42,766 nt of DNA from Candidatus Diapherotrites archaeon CG08_land_8_20_14_0_20_34_12 (GCA_002779065.1 PEXL01000017.1:1-42766), one strand, 5' to 3'; shown: positions 9,516 to 19,763, numbered from the stretch's first letter. Translations and numbers: made by a program. Notes: a model not told the origin generated them from the sequence alone.

Positions 9516-10023
9516 TCAAAATGGCCAGATATTCAGTATTGATGCCCTTGTTGCCTTAATAATTGCCACTTTAGTATTAGGGATTACCCTACAAGTGATG
9601 GAATCACAAAGCTATAACCTTAAACAAGAACAGGTATTTAATGAAATAAAAACAATCGGGCATAATGCTGCTAATTTGATTGTATCACTCCCTGAAAGCA
9701 CTTGTGATTTAATGGCAGAAGATGGCATTACTAAACTAATTAATTTAAATAATTGCATTGATTCCCAAAAATTATCTGCATTAACCAAAGATTCTTTGGG
9801 AATACCTACTGGATATAGTTGTAAAATAGGCAATCAAACTAATAATATGGCTACGTGTAATGATGATCCAAGTACGGCAACAAATGTTTATTCTGAAAAA
9901 AGGATTGTTCTAATGCATGCTGGAAATGTAACAAAGAATAATTTCAATGCTTGCTTTAATGGATTGCCTACTTGCGCTTTAAAAAATGAAAAAAATTGGA
10001 TAGAGGTAAAGCTATGGAAATGA
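9493..10023 (+). CDS. Pilin-like protein with class III-like signal peptide
   Basis: NQNG|QIFSID plus hydrophobic helix; several Cys; start uncertain (9484/9493). Confidence 0.7.
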   Translation: MLRFKRYNQNGQIFSIDALVALIIATLVLGITLQVMESQSYNLKQEQVFNEIKTIGHNAANLIVSLPESTCDLMAEDGITKLINLNNCIDSQKLSALTKDSLGIPTGYSCKIGNQTNNMATCNDDPSTATNVYSEKRIVLMHAGNVTKNNFNACFNGLPTCALKNEKNWIEVKLWK

Positions 10024-10286
10024 GAGGCGTAATATTCAGCATGGATGCTATTGTTGCAGTCTCCGCAATATTAGTATTGCTGGGAACTTGGGCTTATGTT
10101 AGCAATGTAAATGATAAACATACGCTAAAATTTGCAGACTTAAATTCAAACGATGCCTCAACCATTGGATTATATTTGAATGAAAATGGATACGGTACGA
10201 GCGCAAAAGAATTTGCGTGCAATAGCTATGTGAAATATTCTGAGGCAGCTTTTACAAAAAAAGAATTCTGTGAGGGTTTAAAATGA
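10020..10286 (+). CDS. Small pilin-like protein
   Basis: MRG|VIFSMD plus hydrophobic helix; ATG overlaps the previous TGA. Confidence 0.7.
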   Translation: MRGVIFSMDAIVAVSAILVLLGTWAYVSNVNDKHTLKFADLNSNDASTIGLYLNENGYGTSAKEFACNSYVKYSEAAFTKKEFCEGLK

Positions 10287-10762
10287 ACTGCAAAGGATTA
10301 TACTCCGGAGTATTTGGGCTTATGGCAATATTAGTCGCAAGTTTACTTTTAACAACCACATATTCTTCAATTAAAACAAATCCAAATCAGAGCATTAGTG
10401 ACGAAATGCTTAAGGTGAAAAAAGCTTGGCAGAATATTTACCTTTCTGCTGACTCCATAAGCACTTCTGAATTCGGAAAAATAGCAACTGATGTTTGCCC
10501 TATTGGGAACGGTGCTTTATTACAGACTACTTTAACCCCTTTATTTACTCAGCTTGTTACTGAGATAAACAAAGGTAATGTACTATGTTCTAATCCTATA
10601 ATTTCCAATATATCAATAGCACAGCAAGGTTCTAACTGTAATTTATCTTTTAACCTTAAGATTTATTGCAAAAAGGAAAATAAGAAGGACAATAAAGTAA
10701 CAACAATGGTTGATTATGATAAAACAGCGGCAATAATGAGTACAAAAATATTACAACCTTGA
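10283..10762 (+). CDS. Pilin-like/secreted protein
   Basis: MNCKG|LYS plus hydrophobic helix; translationally coupled to the previous gene. Confidence 0.6.
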   Translation: MNCKGLYSGVFGLMAILVASLLLTTTYSSIKTNPNQSISDEMLKVKKAWQNIYLSADSISTSEFGKIATDVCPIGNGALLQTTLTPLFTQLVTEINKGNVLCSNPIISNISIAQQGSNCNLSFNLKIYCKKENKKDNKVTTMVDYDKTAAIMSTKILQP

Positions 10763-11587
10763 TCAAACTAATTTCTCCAAAATTTTAGAAATGCCAGAAT
10801 CATACTGGATTGCTTTTTTTCTTTCTAAAGATATTTCTTTTGGCAAACCTAAACTAACTGAAAGTTTTCTAAGAATCCTTTTTCTTAAAAAATCTTCTTT
10901 TGATTTCACATTTTGTTTAGCATCAAAGGCTAATGCTTGAATAATGAATTCCTTTTCCAAATAAGGCGCTTTTAATTCGAGATGAAAATATTTTGCAAGA
11001 GCGAAATCTCTCTTCAAGTTATCCCCCCATAAATTCAGGAGTTTATTCCATCGCAGATCATCAAGATAGGAATAATTTTTGCCAGATTCAAGTGCTCTCC
11101 TAAATTCGTCATAACCAAAAAAGAGTTCGTCTGCCCCCTGACCGCAAAAAACTGTGTTAAATCCAGAATCTTTAACTTCATTAAGTGCAAAATAAATCGG
11201 GGTTGCAATACTTAACTGTAATTTATTATCTGTTTTTATGATTTTTTCAATTTTAGCAACTTCTTTTCCAATTTCTTCAGCAGATAATATTTTAATATGC
11301 AAATCCAAATGCATGAGTTTAGCATATTTTTTAGCTCTTTCAACTGCTGCACTTTTTTCAGTTCCAACAGTAAAAAGCTTTATTTTTACTTTTTCAGAAA
11401 CAAGCTTTGCAATAAGGCTTGAATCAATGCCGCCAGAAAATAAAACTGCTGCTTTTTTCAAATCCTTTGTTTCACAAAAAATGGATTGCAAAAGTGCTTC
11501 TTTAAGTTCCTTTAAGCTTGATTTCACAGGAATAGCTGGTTTAAGGCCGGTTATGCTGCTTTTTCTAAAAATATCGCCTTTTTGCAT
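10763..11587 (-). CDS. Asparagine synthetase C-terminal (PP-loop) domain protein lacking the glutaminase domain
   Basis: FSGGIDSS, GQGADELFFGY, KKAIQYDSG; only 274 aa with no Ntn domain. Confidence 0.85.
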   Translation of the reverse strand: MQKGDIFRKSSITGLKPAIPVKSSLKELKEALLQSIFCETKDLKKAAVLFSGGIDSSLIAKLVSEKVKIKLFTVGTEKSAAVERAKKYAKLMHLDLHIKILSAEEIGKEVAKIEKIIKTDNKLQLSIATPIYFALNEVKDSGFNTVFCGQGADELFFGYDEFRRALESGKNYSYLDDLRWNKLLNLWGDNLKRDFALAKYFHLELKAPYLEKEFIIQALAFDAKQNVKSKEDFLRKRILRKLSVSLGLPKEISLERKKAIQYDSGISKILEKLV

Positions 11588-11642
11588 ACTTAAAAATGCA
11601 GTAAAATATTAATAAAGAATTGGCTTCAATCTTAGGGATATT

Positions 11643-13094
11643 ATGAACATTACAAAAAACCATTATTTGATTATTGGGCTTATTGTGATTATTTTTGCCG
11701 GTGTTTTTTTAATTACCGGGATCAAACCGGCCCAAGAAGAAAAAAGCAATGTTCAGTACTATGCTTTTAGTGAAGCTGAACCGGATTTGAAAACTGCTTC
11801 TTTTGATGATGCAGTTAGCGCAAATCTGCAATTAACTCTGTATAATCAGGGCTTTGGTTTGATTAAAGAAGCAAAAACCTTTGATTTGAAGCAGGGGGCA
11901 AACCTTGTTGATTATGAAAATGTTGCTGATACAATTGAGTCAGACACTTTATTATATGAAGACAAGGAAGGAAAAACAAAATTAGAAGAATTTACCTACA
12001 ATTATGATACTGCAAATAATTCTGCATTACTGCAGAAAAGCCTAGATAAAACAATAAAAGTAGAAACTAAGCAAGGAAAAGGATTTGAAGGAAAATTACT
12101 TTCTTATGGGGATTCAATTTTATTGGAAACTGCAAGCGGAATTGTTTCAGTATTAAATGCCGAAATTGAAAATATAAATTTCGGTCAGATTTCTGATTTA
12201 AAAACAAAACCAACCATTAAAATGAAGGTATGGGCAGATGCTGAAGGGCAGGCAATTGCTAATTTAGCATATATGGCTACAGGATTAGGTTGGGAAACTA
12301 AATATGTGAGTAAATTATCAGATGAGACAGATAAAATAACCTTAGATGGCTGGGTTTTAATGAAAAATAATTCTGGCAAAAACTATGATAATGCAAAAGT
12401 AAAGTTAGTTGCAGGGGAAGTAAACAAAGCACAGAATTACTATGCTTATGATACAATGTCTAAATCTGCAGCAATGCCTGAAGCAGCCAGTTATGGGGCA
12501 GGAATAAGCGAACAAGCAGTATTTGAATACCATCTTTATTCTTTGAAAAATTTAGTTACAATAATGAATAAAGAAGAAAAAGAATTCAGCATGCTTGTTA
12601 GCAAGGATATACCAATAATTAGGGAATATATAGTAAATAACTATTCAGATAAAGTAAATGCAATAATAAAATTCAAGAATTCTGAGGAAAGCAATCTCGG
12701 GGTTCCTTTGCCAGCAGGAACAATAAAGTTCTATAAAGAAGATAGCGAAGGAAGCATACAATTTATTGGTGAAGACAGCATTACCCACACACCAAAAGAT
12801 AAAGAAGTTGAATTATCAATCGGAACTGTTTTTGATATAACCGCAGATAGTAAAGAAACAAAAACAGAAAAGGTCGGACAAAGTTGTGAGAAAAACTATT
12901 ATGAAACAAAGATTTTGAACAGTAAAGATAATCATGTAACTATTTATGTGAAACAAAGCACATATGGTGATTCAAAGGTAACAGAATCAAGCCATACATA
13001 TGAGCAGGAAGACTCGCAGACATTAAAATTTACTGTTCCAGTAAAAGCAGGCAAGGAAGAGAAGTTAACATATGCAATATTAAGATGTTGGTAA
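11643..13094 (+). CDS. DUF4139-domain secreted/membrane-anchored protein
   Basis: LTLYNQGFGLIKE, Y..GLGW...Y, N.SG, FEYHLY, LGVPLPAG, FIGED.I.HTP motifs; N-terminal TM. Confidence 0.8.
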   Translation: MNITKNHYLIIGLIVIIFAGVFLITGIKPAQEEKSNVQYYAFSEAEPDLKTASFDDAVSANLQLTLYNQGFGLIKEAKTFDLKQGANLVDYENVADTIESDTLLYEDKEGKTKLEEFTYNYDTANNSALLQKSLDKTIKVETKQGKGFEGKLLSYGDSILLETASGIVSVLNAEIENINFGQISDLKTKPTIKMKVWADAEGQAIANLAYMATGLGWETKYVSKLSDETDKITLDGWVLMKNNSGKNYDNAKVKLVAGEVNKAQNYYAYDTMSKSAAMPEAASYGAGISEQAVFEYHLYSLKNLVTIMNKEEKEFSMLVSKDIPIIREYIVNNYSDKVNAIIKFKNSEESNLGVPLPAGTIKFYKEDSEGSIQFIGEDSITHTPKDKEVELSIGTVFDITADSKETKTEKVGQSCEKNYYETKILNSKDNHVTIYVKQSTYGDSKVTESSHTYEQEDSQTLKFTVPVKAGKEEKLTYAILRCW

Positions 13095-13166
13095 TCCAAC
13101 ATCTTTTTTCTATTTTTTTATTCTAACTAATATAGTGCTTGATTTTAATTAATCAGCACATAAAAA

Positions 13167-14960
13167 TTAGTCTGAATCTGCTGAAATATAATAATATTCC
13201 CCTTTTTTCTTCTGTTCCTGATCCTTTACTGAATCAAGTTTATTTACCCTTGGCCGACCTGATTGAGGATCTCTCCTATAAGTAATGCTTAAGTCTTTTA
13301 GGAATAAGTTCATTCCTTCTCTCATTTCTTTAGGTTCAGAAGCAAAGCATGATTCTGCCGGCTTGCCTGAAAATATAATCAAGCGGTCCGCCAGATAATC
13401 CATAAAAACAATATCGTGGTCAACAACAATACATGATCTTTGGGTAGCGGAAACAATAGAACGGATTGCATCAGCTACTTGCAACCTATCTTCAATATCA
13501 ATAAATGCAGAAGGCTCATCTAAAAGAATTAAATTGGAATCTCTGCATAAAGCAAGAGAAATTGCGACCTTTTGCAGTTCCCCTCCGCTTAATTTATCTA
13601 ATTTTTTCTCAAACAAGCGCTCAAGGTTAAATCTTCTGTTTATTTCATTCCTAAATAATTCATTGTCAATATTTGCACTAGTTAATAGATCCTGAACAGT
13701 TACCCCTTTTTCTGGTTTAAGGTACTGTGGTTTATATGCAATCTTAAACCTAAAATTTAATTCGGATTCAGCATTATCTGGTTTTAATAAGCCTGCAAGC
13801 ATTTTTACAAACGTTGTTTTACCTGTAGCATTTGGCCCTAAAATTCCTAAAATCTCCTGCTTTCTAATTATTCCGCTTTGTGCTTTCAAACTAAATTGGG
13901 AATATTTCTTTTCCAATTCAGGGTATTCCAACAAAATATCTTTTGAAACCGCGCGGTATGCAGCACCCATATTGAAAGAAAGAGATTTATCCCTAATCCG
14001 AATATTTTCAGTTTTCAAAAAACCATCCAGATACTCATTTATTCCATTTCTTACACTCCTTGTATCTGAAACAACACCGTATGCTGCCTGCTCACCAAAT
14101 AAGATATGAATATAATCACTCAAATAATCTAAAACAGCTAAATCATGCTCAACAACCATAATTGAAGAATCCTTTGCAAGCTCTCTTATTAAATTAGCTG
14201 CTTTCAATCTTTGCTTTACATCTAAATAACTTGTAGGTTCATCAAAGAAATAGAAGTCTGCTTTTTTCAAGAAAGTAGCAGCTATTGCTATTCTCTGTAA
14301 TTCTCCGCCTGAAACCTGGGTAATATCATTTTCCAATATGTTCGAAATATCTAATTTTTCTGCTACTTCGCTTAATCTTTTTTTCTCATCTGCTTTTTTT
14401 AGTAAATCAATTACCTTTCCTTTTGCCTTTTCCGGTATTTTATCTATTGCTTGCGGCTTTAATACTGTTTTTACATTTCCTAAACTTAAGACTTCAAAAA
14501 AGCCTTGCAATTCCTTGCCTCTAAAATGCTTTATTATCTTTTCATGGGTTGTTTTTTCATCAAAATTCGCAAAATTTGGAAGGATTTTTCCTGAGAGAAT
14601 GGAAAGCGCTGTACTTTTTCCAATTCCATTCCTTCCAATTAAGCCAACAACAGAACCTTTTTTTGGATTTGGCAAACCGTACAAACGGAAAGAATTTCTT
14701 GCATATTCGTGAATAGGGTCTTCAAGCTTTGCAGTAAGATTAATGATTGTTATTGCTTTGAATGGGCAAATGTGCGAACATATCTTGCAGCCAATACATA
14801 ATATTTCTGAGATTAGTGGTTTTCCTCTTTCCGGATCTTTAATTATGCATTCTTTTTTCTGCCTATTCACCGGGCAGGCAGAAATGCAAGCATAGTTACA
14901 TTTCTCAGGCTGGCATAACTCGTAGTCAATAACTGCTATTTTTATCTGTCTTGGCTCCAT
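13167..14960 (-). CDS. rli: Ribosome recycling ATPase ABCE1/RLI
   Basis: N-terminal two-[4Fe-4S] Cys motifs and two ABC domains (GRNGIGKS, GPNATGKT, SGGELQ). True start MEPRQ at 14960; the ORF-track extension overlaps pelota. Confidence 0.95.
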   Translation of the reverse strand: MEPRQIKIAVIDYELCQPEKCNYACISACPVNRQKKECIIKDPERGKPLISEILCIGCKICSHICPFKAITIINLTAKLEDPIHEYARNSFRLYGLPNPKKGSVVGLIGRNGIGKSTALSILSGKILPNFANFDEKTTHEKIIKHFRGKELQGFFEVLSLGNVKTVLKPQAIDKIPEKAKGKVIDLLKKADEKKRLSEVAEKLDISNILENDITQVSGGELQRIAIAATFLKKADFYFFDEPTSYLDVKQRLKAANLIRELAKDSSIMVVEHDLAVLDYLSDYIHILFGEQAAYGVVSDTRSVRNGINEYLDGFLKTENIRIRDKSLSFNMGAAYRAVSKDILLEYPELEKKYSQFSLKAQSGIIRKQEILGILGPNATGKTTFVKMLAGLLKPDNAESELNFRFKIAYKPQYLKPEKGVTVQDLLTSANIDNELFRNEINRRFNLERLFEKKLDKLSGGELQKVAISLALCRDSNLILLDEPSAFIDIEDRLQVADAIRSIVSATQRSCIVVDHDIVFMDYLADRLIIFSGKPAESCFASEPKEMREGMNLFLKDLSITYRRDPQSGRPRVNKLDSVKDQEQKKKGEYYYISADSD

Positions 14961-15018
14961 ATAGTAGAGAAGTATTGAATACTTTATATATTTATTTAGT
15001 TCACACAAAAGAATAACT

Positions 15019-16056
15019 ATGAGAATATTAAAAATTGATGAATCCCATGGTTTTCTCGAGGTAATTCCTGAGACATTAGATGACCTATGGCATCTTGAGC
15101 GAATAATTGATGCCAAGGATGTTATTTCTGCAAAAACGACCAGGAAAATCAAGGGAGAGGAAGGAAAGGATACTGAAAGAATTACAATGTACTTAGACTT
15201 GGAAGTAGAAAAATCTTCTTTTGAAAAATTCAATGAAGCCTTAAAGGTTCAGGGCATAATTATTGGCGGGAAACCTGAGGAATATATTGAATTAAAAAGC
15301 CATCATTCGATTTCAATTGGTTTAGGCGATATTGTCAAAATTCACAAAAAAACAATAAAAAAATATCAAATTGAAAGATTAGAAAAGGCACAAAAAGCAA
15401 CACACGCACAAAAATTATTGGCTGTATGTTTAGATGATGATTTTGCCGAGTTTTTTGTAATAAAAGAATTTGGAATAGATAGGAAAGGTGTAATAAATTC
15501 CGGAAAAAGCGGCAAAAGATTTGAGGAGGAAGATTGGCGGAAAGGGTATTTTGCAGAGATAGCAAAAAAACTAATTGAATCAAATCAAAATAATGTTTTA
15601 ATTGCGGGCCCTGGATTTACTAAAGATGATTTGTATAAATATCTGCAGGACAAGAAACTAAAATCAAAGATTTTTATTGAATCTTGCGGAAATGCCGGTT
15701 CGGCGGGATTAAATGAATTATTAAAATCAAACAAATTGCAAAAAGCGATAAAAGAAAATGAAATAATTAAAGAAGCGCAGCTTATGGAAAGGGTTTTACT
15801 TGAACTCGGTAAAAATTCTGGATTAGTTGTTTATGGTGAAAGCGAGATTGAAAATGCACTAAATGCAAGAGCGATAGAAGAATTGCTTTTACTTGATTCT
15901 TTGTTGGTTGATAAGAGAAACCTTGCTGAAAGAATTTTAGATTTGGCTGAAAAACAAAGGGCAAAAGTGCATATCTTTAGCAATGAAAATGATGCCGGCA
16001 AAAAACTTGAAGGCTTTGGCGGAATAATTGCTATTTTAAGATATAAAATGTACTAG
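15019..16056 (+). CDS. pelA: mRNA surveillance / ribosome rescue factor pelota
   Basis: PETLDDLWHL, IAGPGFTK, YG, GKKLEGFGGIIAILRY motifs. Confidence 0.95.
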   Translation: MRILKIDESHGFLEVIPETLDDLWHLERIIDAKDVISAKTTRKIKGEEGKDTERITMYLDLEVEKSSFEKFNEALKVQGIIIGGKPEEYIELKSHHSISIGLGDIVKIHKKTIKKYQIERLEKAQKATHAQKLLAVCLDDDFAEFFVIKEFGIDRKGVINSGKSGKRFEEEDWRKGYFAEIAKKLIESNQNNVLIAGPGFTKDDLYKYLQDKKLKSKIFIESCGNAGSAGLNELLKSNKLQKAIKENEIIKEAQLMERVLLELGKNSGLVVYGESEIENALNARAIEELLLLDSLLVDKRNLAERILDLAEKQRAKVHIFSNENDAGKKLEGFGGIIAILRYKMY

Positions 16057-16128
16057 CCAGAATGTGAGCAGTATATTTAAATAATCTTTATATTCAAAAT
16101 CTATTATATCCTTTCGGGTGCTATTTTT

Positions 16129-17685
16129 ATGGATGCTGAACATAAGTGCGGAATTGCTGCAGTAAATATTTCTGATTCTTTGAAAAATCATCCATTAGGT
16201 GGTGCTTCTTACTATCTGCACAAATTGCTTCTGCAACAGCAGAACCGCGGCCAGTTAAGTGCTGGAATTACTACTTATAACGGCAACAGGCCTGAACTTC
16301 TTTATACCTACAAGGAGCTTGGTTCAGTAAATAAAGTATTCAGGATGCATCATAAGACCAAATATGAAAACATAATGAGAAAATACAATGGCTTAATGGG
16401 CATAGGGCACATAAGATATGCTACCTGCGGAGCTGATGATTTTAAAAATGTGCAGCCATTTGAAAAACTGCATGGCAGAAAATGGAAATGGTTTTCATTT
16501 GCATTTAATGGGAATATTGCAAATTTCCCTGAATTAAAGAAAGAATTAAAAGACAAGGGATATCATCTAATGATGGGTTCAGATACTGAAGCATTAATGC
16601 ATTATATGGCCAAGGGATTGGCTGGGGACAAAAAGGTTGAGATAGAAGATGTATTCTCAGGCCTAGCAGACAAACTTGATGGGGCATATTCAATAGCCCA
16701 CCTAAATGCCGAGGGCGAACTTTCATTAATAAGGGATCCTTGGGGATTCAGGCCTTTGGTATATGGTAAAACTAATGGGTTGTTTTGTGCTGCCAGTGAA
16801 AGTGCAGCCTTAACGAATCTTGACATTAATACATTTGAATCATTGGAGCCTGGGCATATCCTAAAAATAAAGGATGGAAAAATCGAGAAAAAAAGATTTT
16901 CAGAAAACAAAAGAAAAGCACACTGCATGTTTGAATGGGTTTACTTTGCAAATGTTTCTTCGGTAATTGATGATGTTTCAGTATATGATATTCGCTATAA
17001 TTTAGGGGGATTGCTTGCAAAAAAGGAAACAGAAAAATTGGACAAGGATTGTGTTGTTGTTCCTGTCCCTGATACGGCAAAGCCTGCTGCTGATGGATTT
17101 GCAATTGAATTAGGATTGACAATCAAGGAAGGATTAATAAGAAACAGGTATGTTGGAAGGACATTTATTGAAGGAACTGACAGGGCAGAAAGGGTAAAGG
17201 ATAAATTTACACTTAACAGAACAGTTCTTGAAGGCAAAAAGATATTCCTTATAGAGGATAGTATTGTAAGAGGCACTACCTGCAAAACCTTAATCCAGTA
17301 CTTAAAAGAAAAAGGTGGGGCAAAGGAAGTGCACATCAGGGTTTCTGCACCAATAATATTCTTCCCGTGCTTTTATGGAATCGATATGAGCACAATGGAT
17401 GAATTGATTGCAAACCGGTTACTTTCTGGGAAGGATATCATAAATCGCATGGAAAATGCCCCTATGGAAGAATATGATGAAAAAACGGTTGAGAAAATAA
17501 GAAAAGAATTGAAAGCTGACTCTTTAATTTATCAAACTGTTGATGATTTAATAAAAGCCATTGGAAAACCCAAAAAGGATTTATGTACTGCCTGCCTTAC
17601 TGGGGATTATCCAACTGAATATGGCAAGGTTCTTGTAAAAAAAGCCCTTCAGGAAAGGGGCTGTAAAATAAGGACTTACGAGTAA
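16129..17685 (+). CDS. purF: Amidophosphoribosyltransferase
   Basis: Short propeptide then catalytic CG; GHIRYAT, CMFEWVYF, PVPDT, EDSIVRGTT, PCFYGID, CTAC. Confidence 0.95.
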   Translation: MDAEHKCGIAAVNISDSLKNHPLGGASYYLHKLLLQQQNRGQLSAGITTYNGNRPELLYTYKELGSVNKVFRMHHKTKYENIMRKYNGLMGIGHIRYATCGADDFKNVQPFEKLHGRKWKWFSFAFNGNIANFPELKKELKDKGYHLMMGSDTEALMHYMAKGLAGDKKVEIEDVFSGLADKLDGAYSIAHLNAEGELSLIRDPWGFRPLVYGKTNGLFCAASESAALTNLDINTFESLEPGHILKIKDGKIEKKRFSENKRKAHCMFEWVYFANVSSVIDDVSVYDIRYNLGGLLAKKETEKLDKDCVVVPVPDTAKPAADGFAIELGLTIKEGLIRNRYVGRTFIEGTDRAERVKDKFTLNRTVLEGKKIFLIEDSIVRGTTCKTLIQYLKEKGGAKEVHIRVSAPIIFFPCFYGIDMSTMDELIANRLLSGKDIINRMENAPMEEYDEKTVEKIRKELKADSLIYQTVDDLIKAIGKPKKDLCTACLTGDYPTEYGKVLVKKALQERGCKIRTYE

Positions 17686-17738
17686 CTAATTAATAATTAA
17701 AAAAATTAATTACCTGGTTCAACAGAACTACTTTACTT

Positions 17739-18083
17739 TTAGTAATATTTGGTTCCGTCACCAGTAAGGATCACTAATTTATAATTACTGCCTTTTTCTT
17801 TTATTGCAGCCATTAATGCTGTGTGTTCCTTTCCTATTCCAGAAATCAGAGAGATTATTAACTCTCCATTAGGTAATTTTTCCTTTATTATGTTCTTCAA
17901 AACTTCAAAACCAGTTCTTGCATTGATTAAGACCCAGTCACATTGCTTTGATGGAGCAAAGTGTTCTTTACCAAAATCATTGCTAATAAGCAAGATATTG
18001 TCAAAAGACTCTTCCTGTATCAAACGGGCTATGTGCCCCCACGTTCCTCGGCCTTTACCAAGAATTGCAACAAAACTTGCCAT
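17739..18083 (-). CDS. Hypothetical small alpha/beta protein (possible CARF-like Rossmann fold)
   Basis: ORF with SD AGGAGG; alternating beta/alpha pattern; fold is inference. Confidence 0.6.
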   Translation of the reverse strand: MASFVAILGKGRGTWGHIARLIQEESFDNILLISNDFGKEHFAPSKQCDWVLINARTGFEVLKNIIKEKLPNGELIISLISGIGKEHTALMAAIKEKGSNYKLVILTGDGTKYY

Positions 18084-18164
18084 TTTGTTCCTCCTTTAAC
18101 TTATATATAATAAAATTAAGCTATATATTATAATATAAATATACAAGATTACGGCTAATTTATC

Positions 18165-19763
18165 TTAAATCAGGCTTTTTGCCATATAAGGCCCTTCTTT
18201 GTGGTATTTATGGTATTTTGAATAATATTGCTTAACCCCTAAACCAGATATAACAACCATTTTTTTACGGTCAAATACATTTAAGGCTAAGTGTTCTGCT
18301 TCTTTAATTAAGGCAGATCCCAAACCCCTGTGCTGTACTGCTTCATCCTTGGATATGCCCAAGGGAACAGATTCGCCAAACACCCTTAATTCTCTAATAA
18401 TTGCTGCTTTATCTTTAATTTCTTTTCTAAAAGAGTTCTCCGGAATCCTTAATCTGCAAAAACCATATAGTGAATCATTTTTGTCATATGAAATAAATAA
18501 GTCAGTTCCTTTGCTTGCTTCATACATATTAACATTTAATTTCAGGTTATCTAAACCAAATTTACTCAAATCAATTTTATCATTTGCTAGCTGCAATCCT
18601 ATTTCCCTACAGCGTATGCATGAGCATTTTTTGTTTTTGCGTTTTAATTTTTCATGCACAATTTGTCTCAAATTTCCTGCTTTTACTCCGGCAACAATTA
18701 AATCTGCTGGAATGTCCCTTTGAATTCTCATAATTCTAACATATTTTGGCAAAATGCTTTTTACATTAGCAATCATATCTGCTGCTTTTTCAGTATCCAG
18801 TGGTTTGTATTTTCCTTCCTTATATAATTTGTATAATTTTGAGCTTTTTACAACCAAACAAGGATAAATCTTCAGCATATCCGGCCTGAAATCAGGGTTA
18901 GAAAACATTTCTTCAAAGGAATTATAATCGTCTTGCAATTTTGTGAATGGCAAACCAGGCATTGTATGATAAGTAACTTTAAAGCCTGCATCTTTCAAAT
19001 TTCGTGTTGCTTCAATTACCTCTTCAACTGTGTGCCCTCTATTTATTTTTTTATAAATTTCATTGTTTAATATCTGCACACCTATTTCACAATGAGTTCC
19101 TGCTAACTCAAGCATGCGATCCACTTCTTTTTTTGTGCAATAATCTGGCCTTGTTTCATAGGTAATGCCAATAACCCTTCTCTTTGAGGTTTCAGCCATC
19201 TTTTTTGCTGTCTCAAATGACTTGCAATTCTTTTCAGTAACTGCATTCAATGCTTTTCTTACAAAATCTGTTTGATAGGGCCTATCGGTGGATAAAAAAG
19301 TGCCTCCCATCACGATAAGCTGAATCTTTTCAGCACTATGGCCTATTAATTCAAGCTGTTCGATTCTATTTTTGGCTTGTAAATAAGCATCAAAGTTATT
19401 CTGCAATGCACGCATGGTTGCTGGTTCTCTCCCGGTATAACTTTTTGGGGTTTCTGAATCAACCATTGAAGTAGGGCAATATAAACAGTTACCTGGGCAT
19501 TTATGGGGTTTTACCATTACTGCCACAGAAACAATACCTGAGCTAGACCTTGTTTTCTTTTTTGTGAGTAAGGTGTGGGCTTTTTTTGATGGATTTTTAA
19601 TGGATGAAAGAATATCCCCGTTTGTTGGAAGTTCGGATATTGAAAATTCACTTGCCAAATTTAATTTAACTTTTTGAAGCTCCGCTATATCTTTAATTTT
19701 ATCTTTGTCTATAAGGTCTGCTATTTTTTTAGAATATTCTTTCAAATTAATATTTTTTTTCAT
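18165..19763 (-). CDS. elp3: tRNA uridine(34) acetyltransferase Elp3 (radical SAM + GNAT)
   Basis: C-x3-C-x2-C, PKSYTGREPA, MGGTF, ETRPD, KIYP, QHRGLG, ISGLGVK.YY. Confidence 0.95.
   Translation of the reverse strand: MKKNINLKEYSKKIADLIDKDKIKDIAELQKVKLNLASEFSISELPTNGDILSSIKNPSKKAHTLLTKKKTRSSSGIVSVAVMVKPHKCPGNCLYCPTSMVDSETPKSYTGREPATMRALQNNFDAYLQAKNRIEQLELIGHSAEKIQLIVMGGTFLSTDRPYQTDFVRKALNAVTEKNCKSFETAKKMAETSKRRVIGITYETRPDYCTKKEVDRMLELAGTHCEIGVQILNNEIYKKINRGHTVEEVIEATRNLKDAGFKVTYHTMPGLPFTKLQDDYNSFEEMFSNPDFRPDMLKIYPCLVVKSSKLYKLYKEGKYKPLDTEKAADMIANVKSILPKYVRIMRIQRDIPADLIVAGVKAGNLRQIVHEKLKRKNKKCSCIRCREIGLQLANDKIDLSKFGLDNLKLNVNMYEASKGTDLFISYDKNDSLYGFCRLRIPENSFRKEIKDKAAIIRELRVFGESVPLGISKDEAVQHRGLGSALIKEAEHLALNVFDRKKMVVISGLGVKQYYSKYHKYHKEGPYMAKSLI

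Noticed and set aside
11646..11656. 11-nt match (AACATTACAAA) between the putative omegaRNA guide and the start of the DUF4139 gene
   Set aside because: Too short and AT-rich to distinguish from chance.
14961..15233. ORF-track N-terminal extension of ABCE1 (688 aa)
   Set aside because: It overlaps pelota on the opposite strand; the ABCE1 Fe-S domain begins at MEPRQ (14960).
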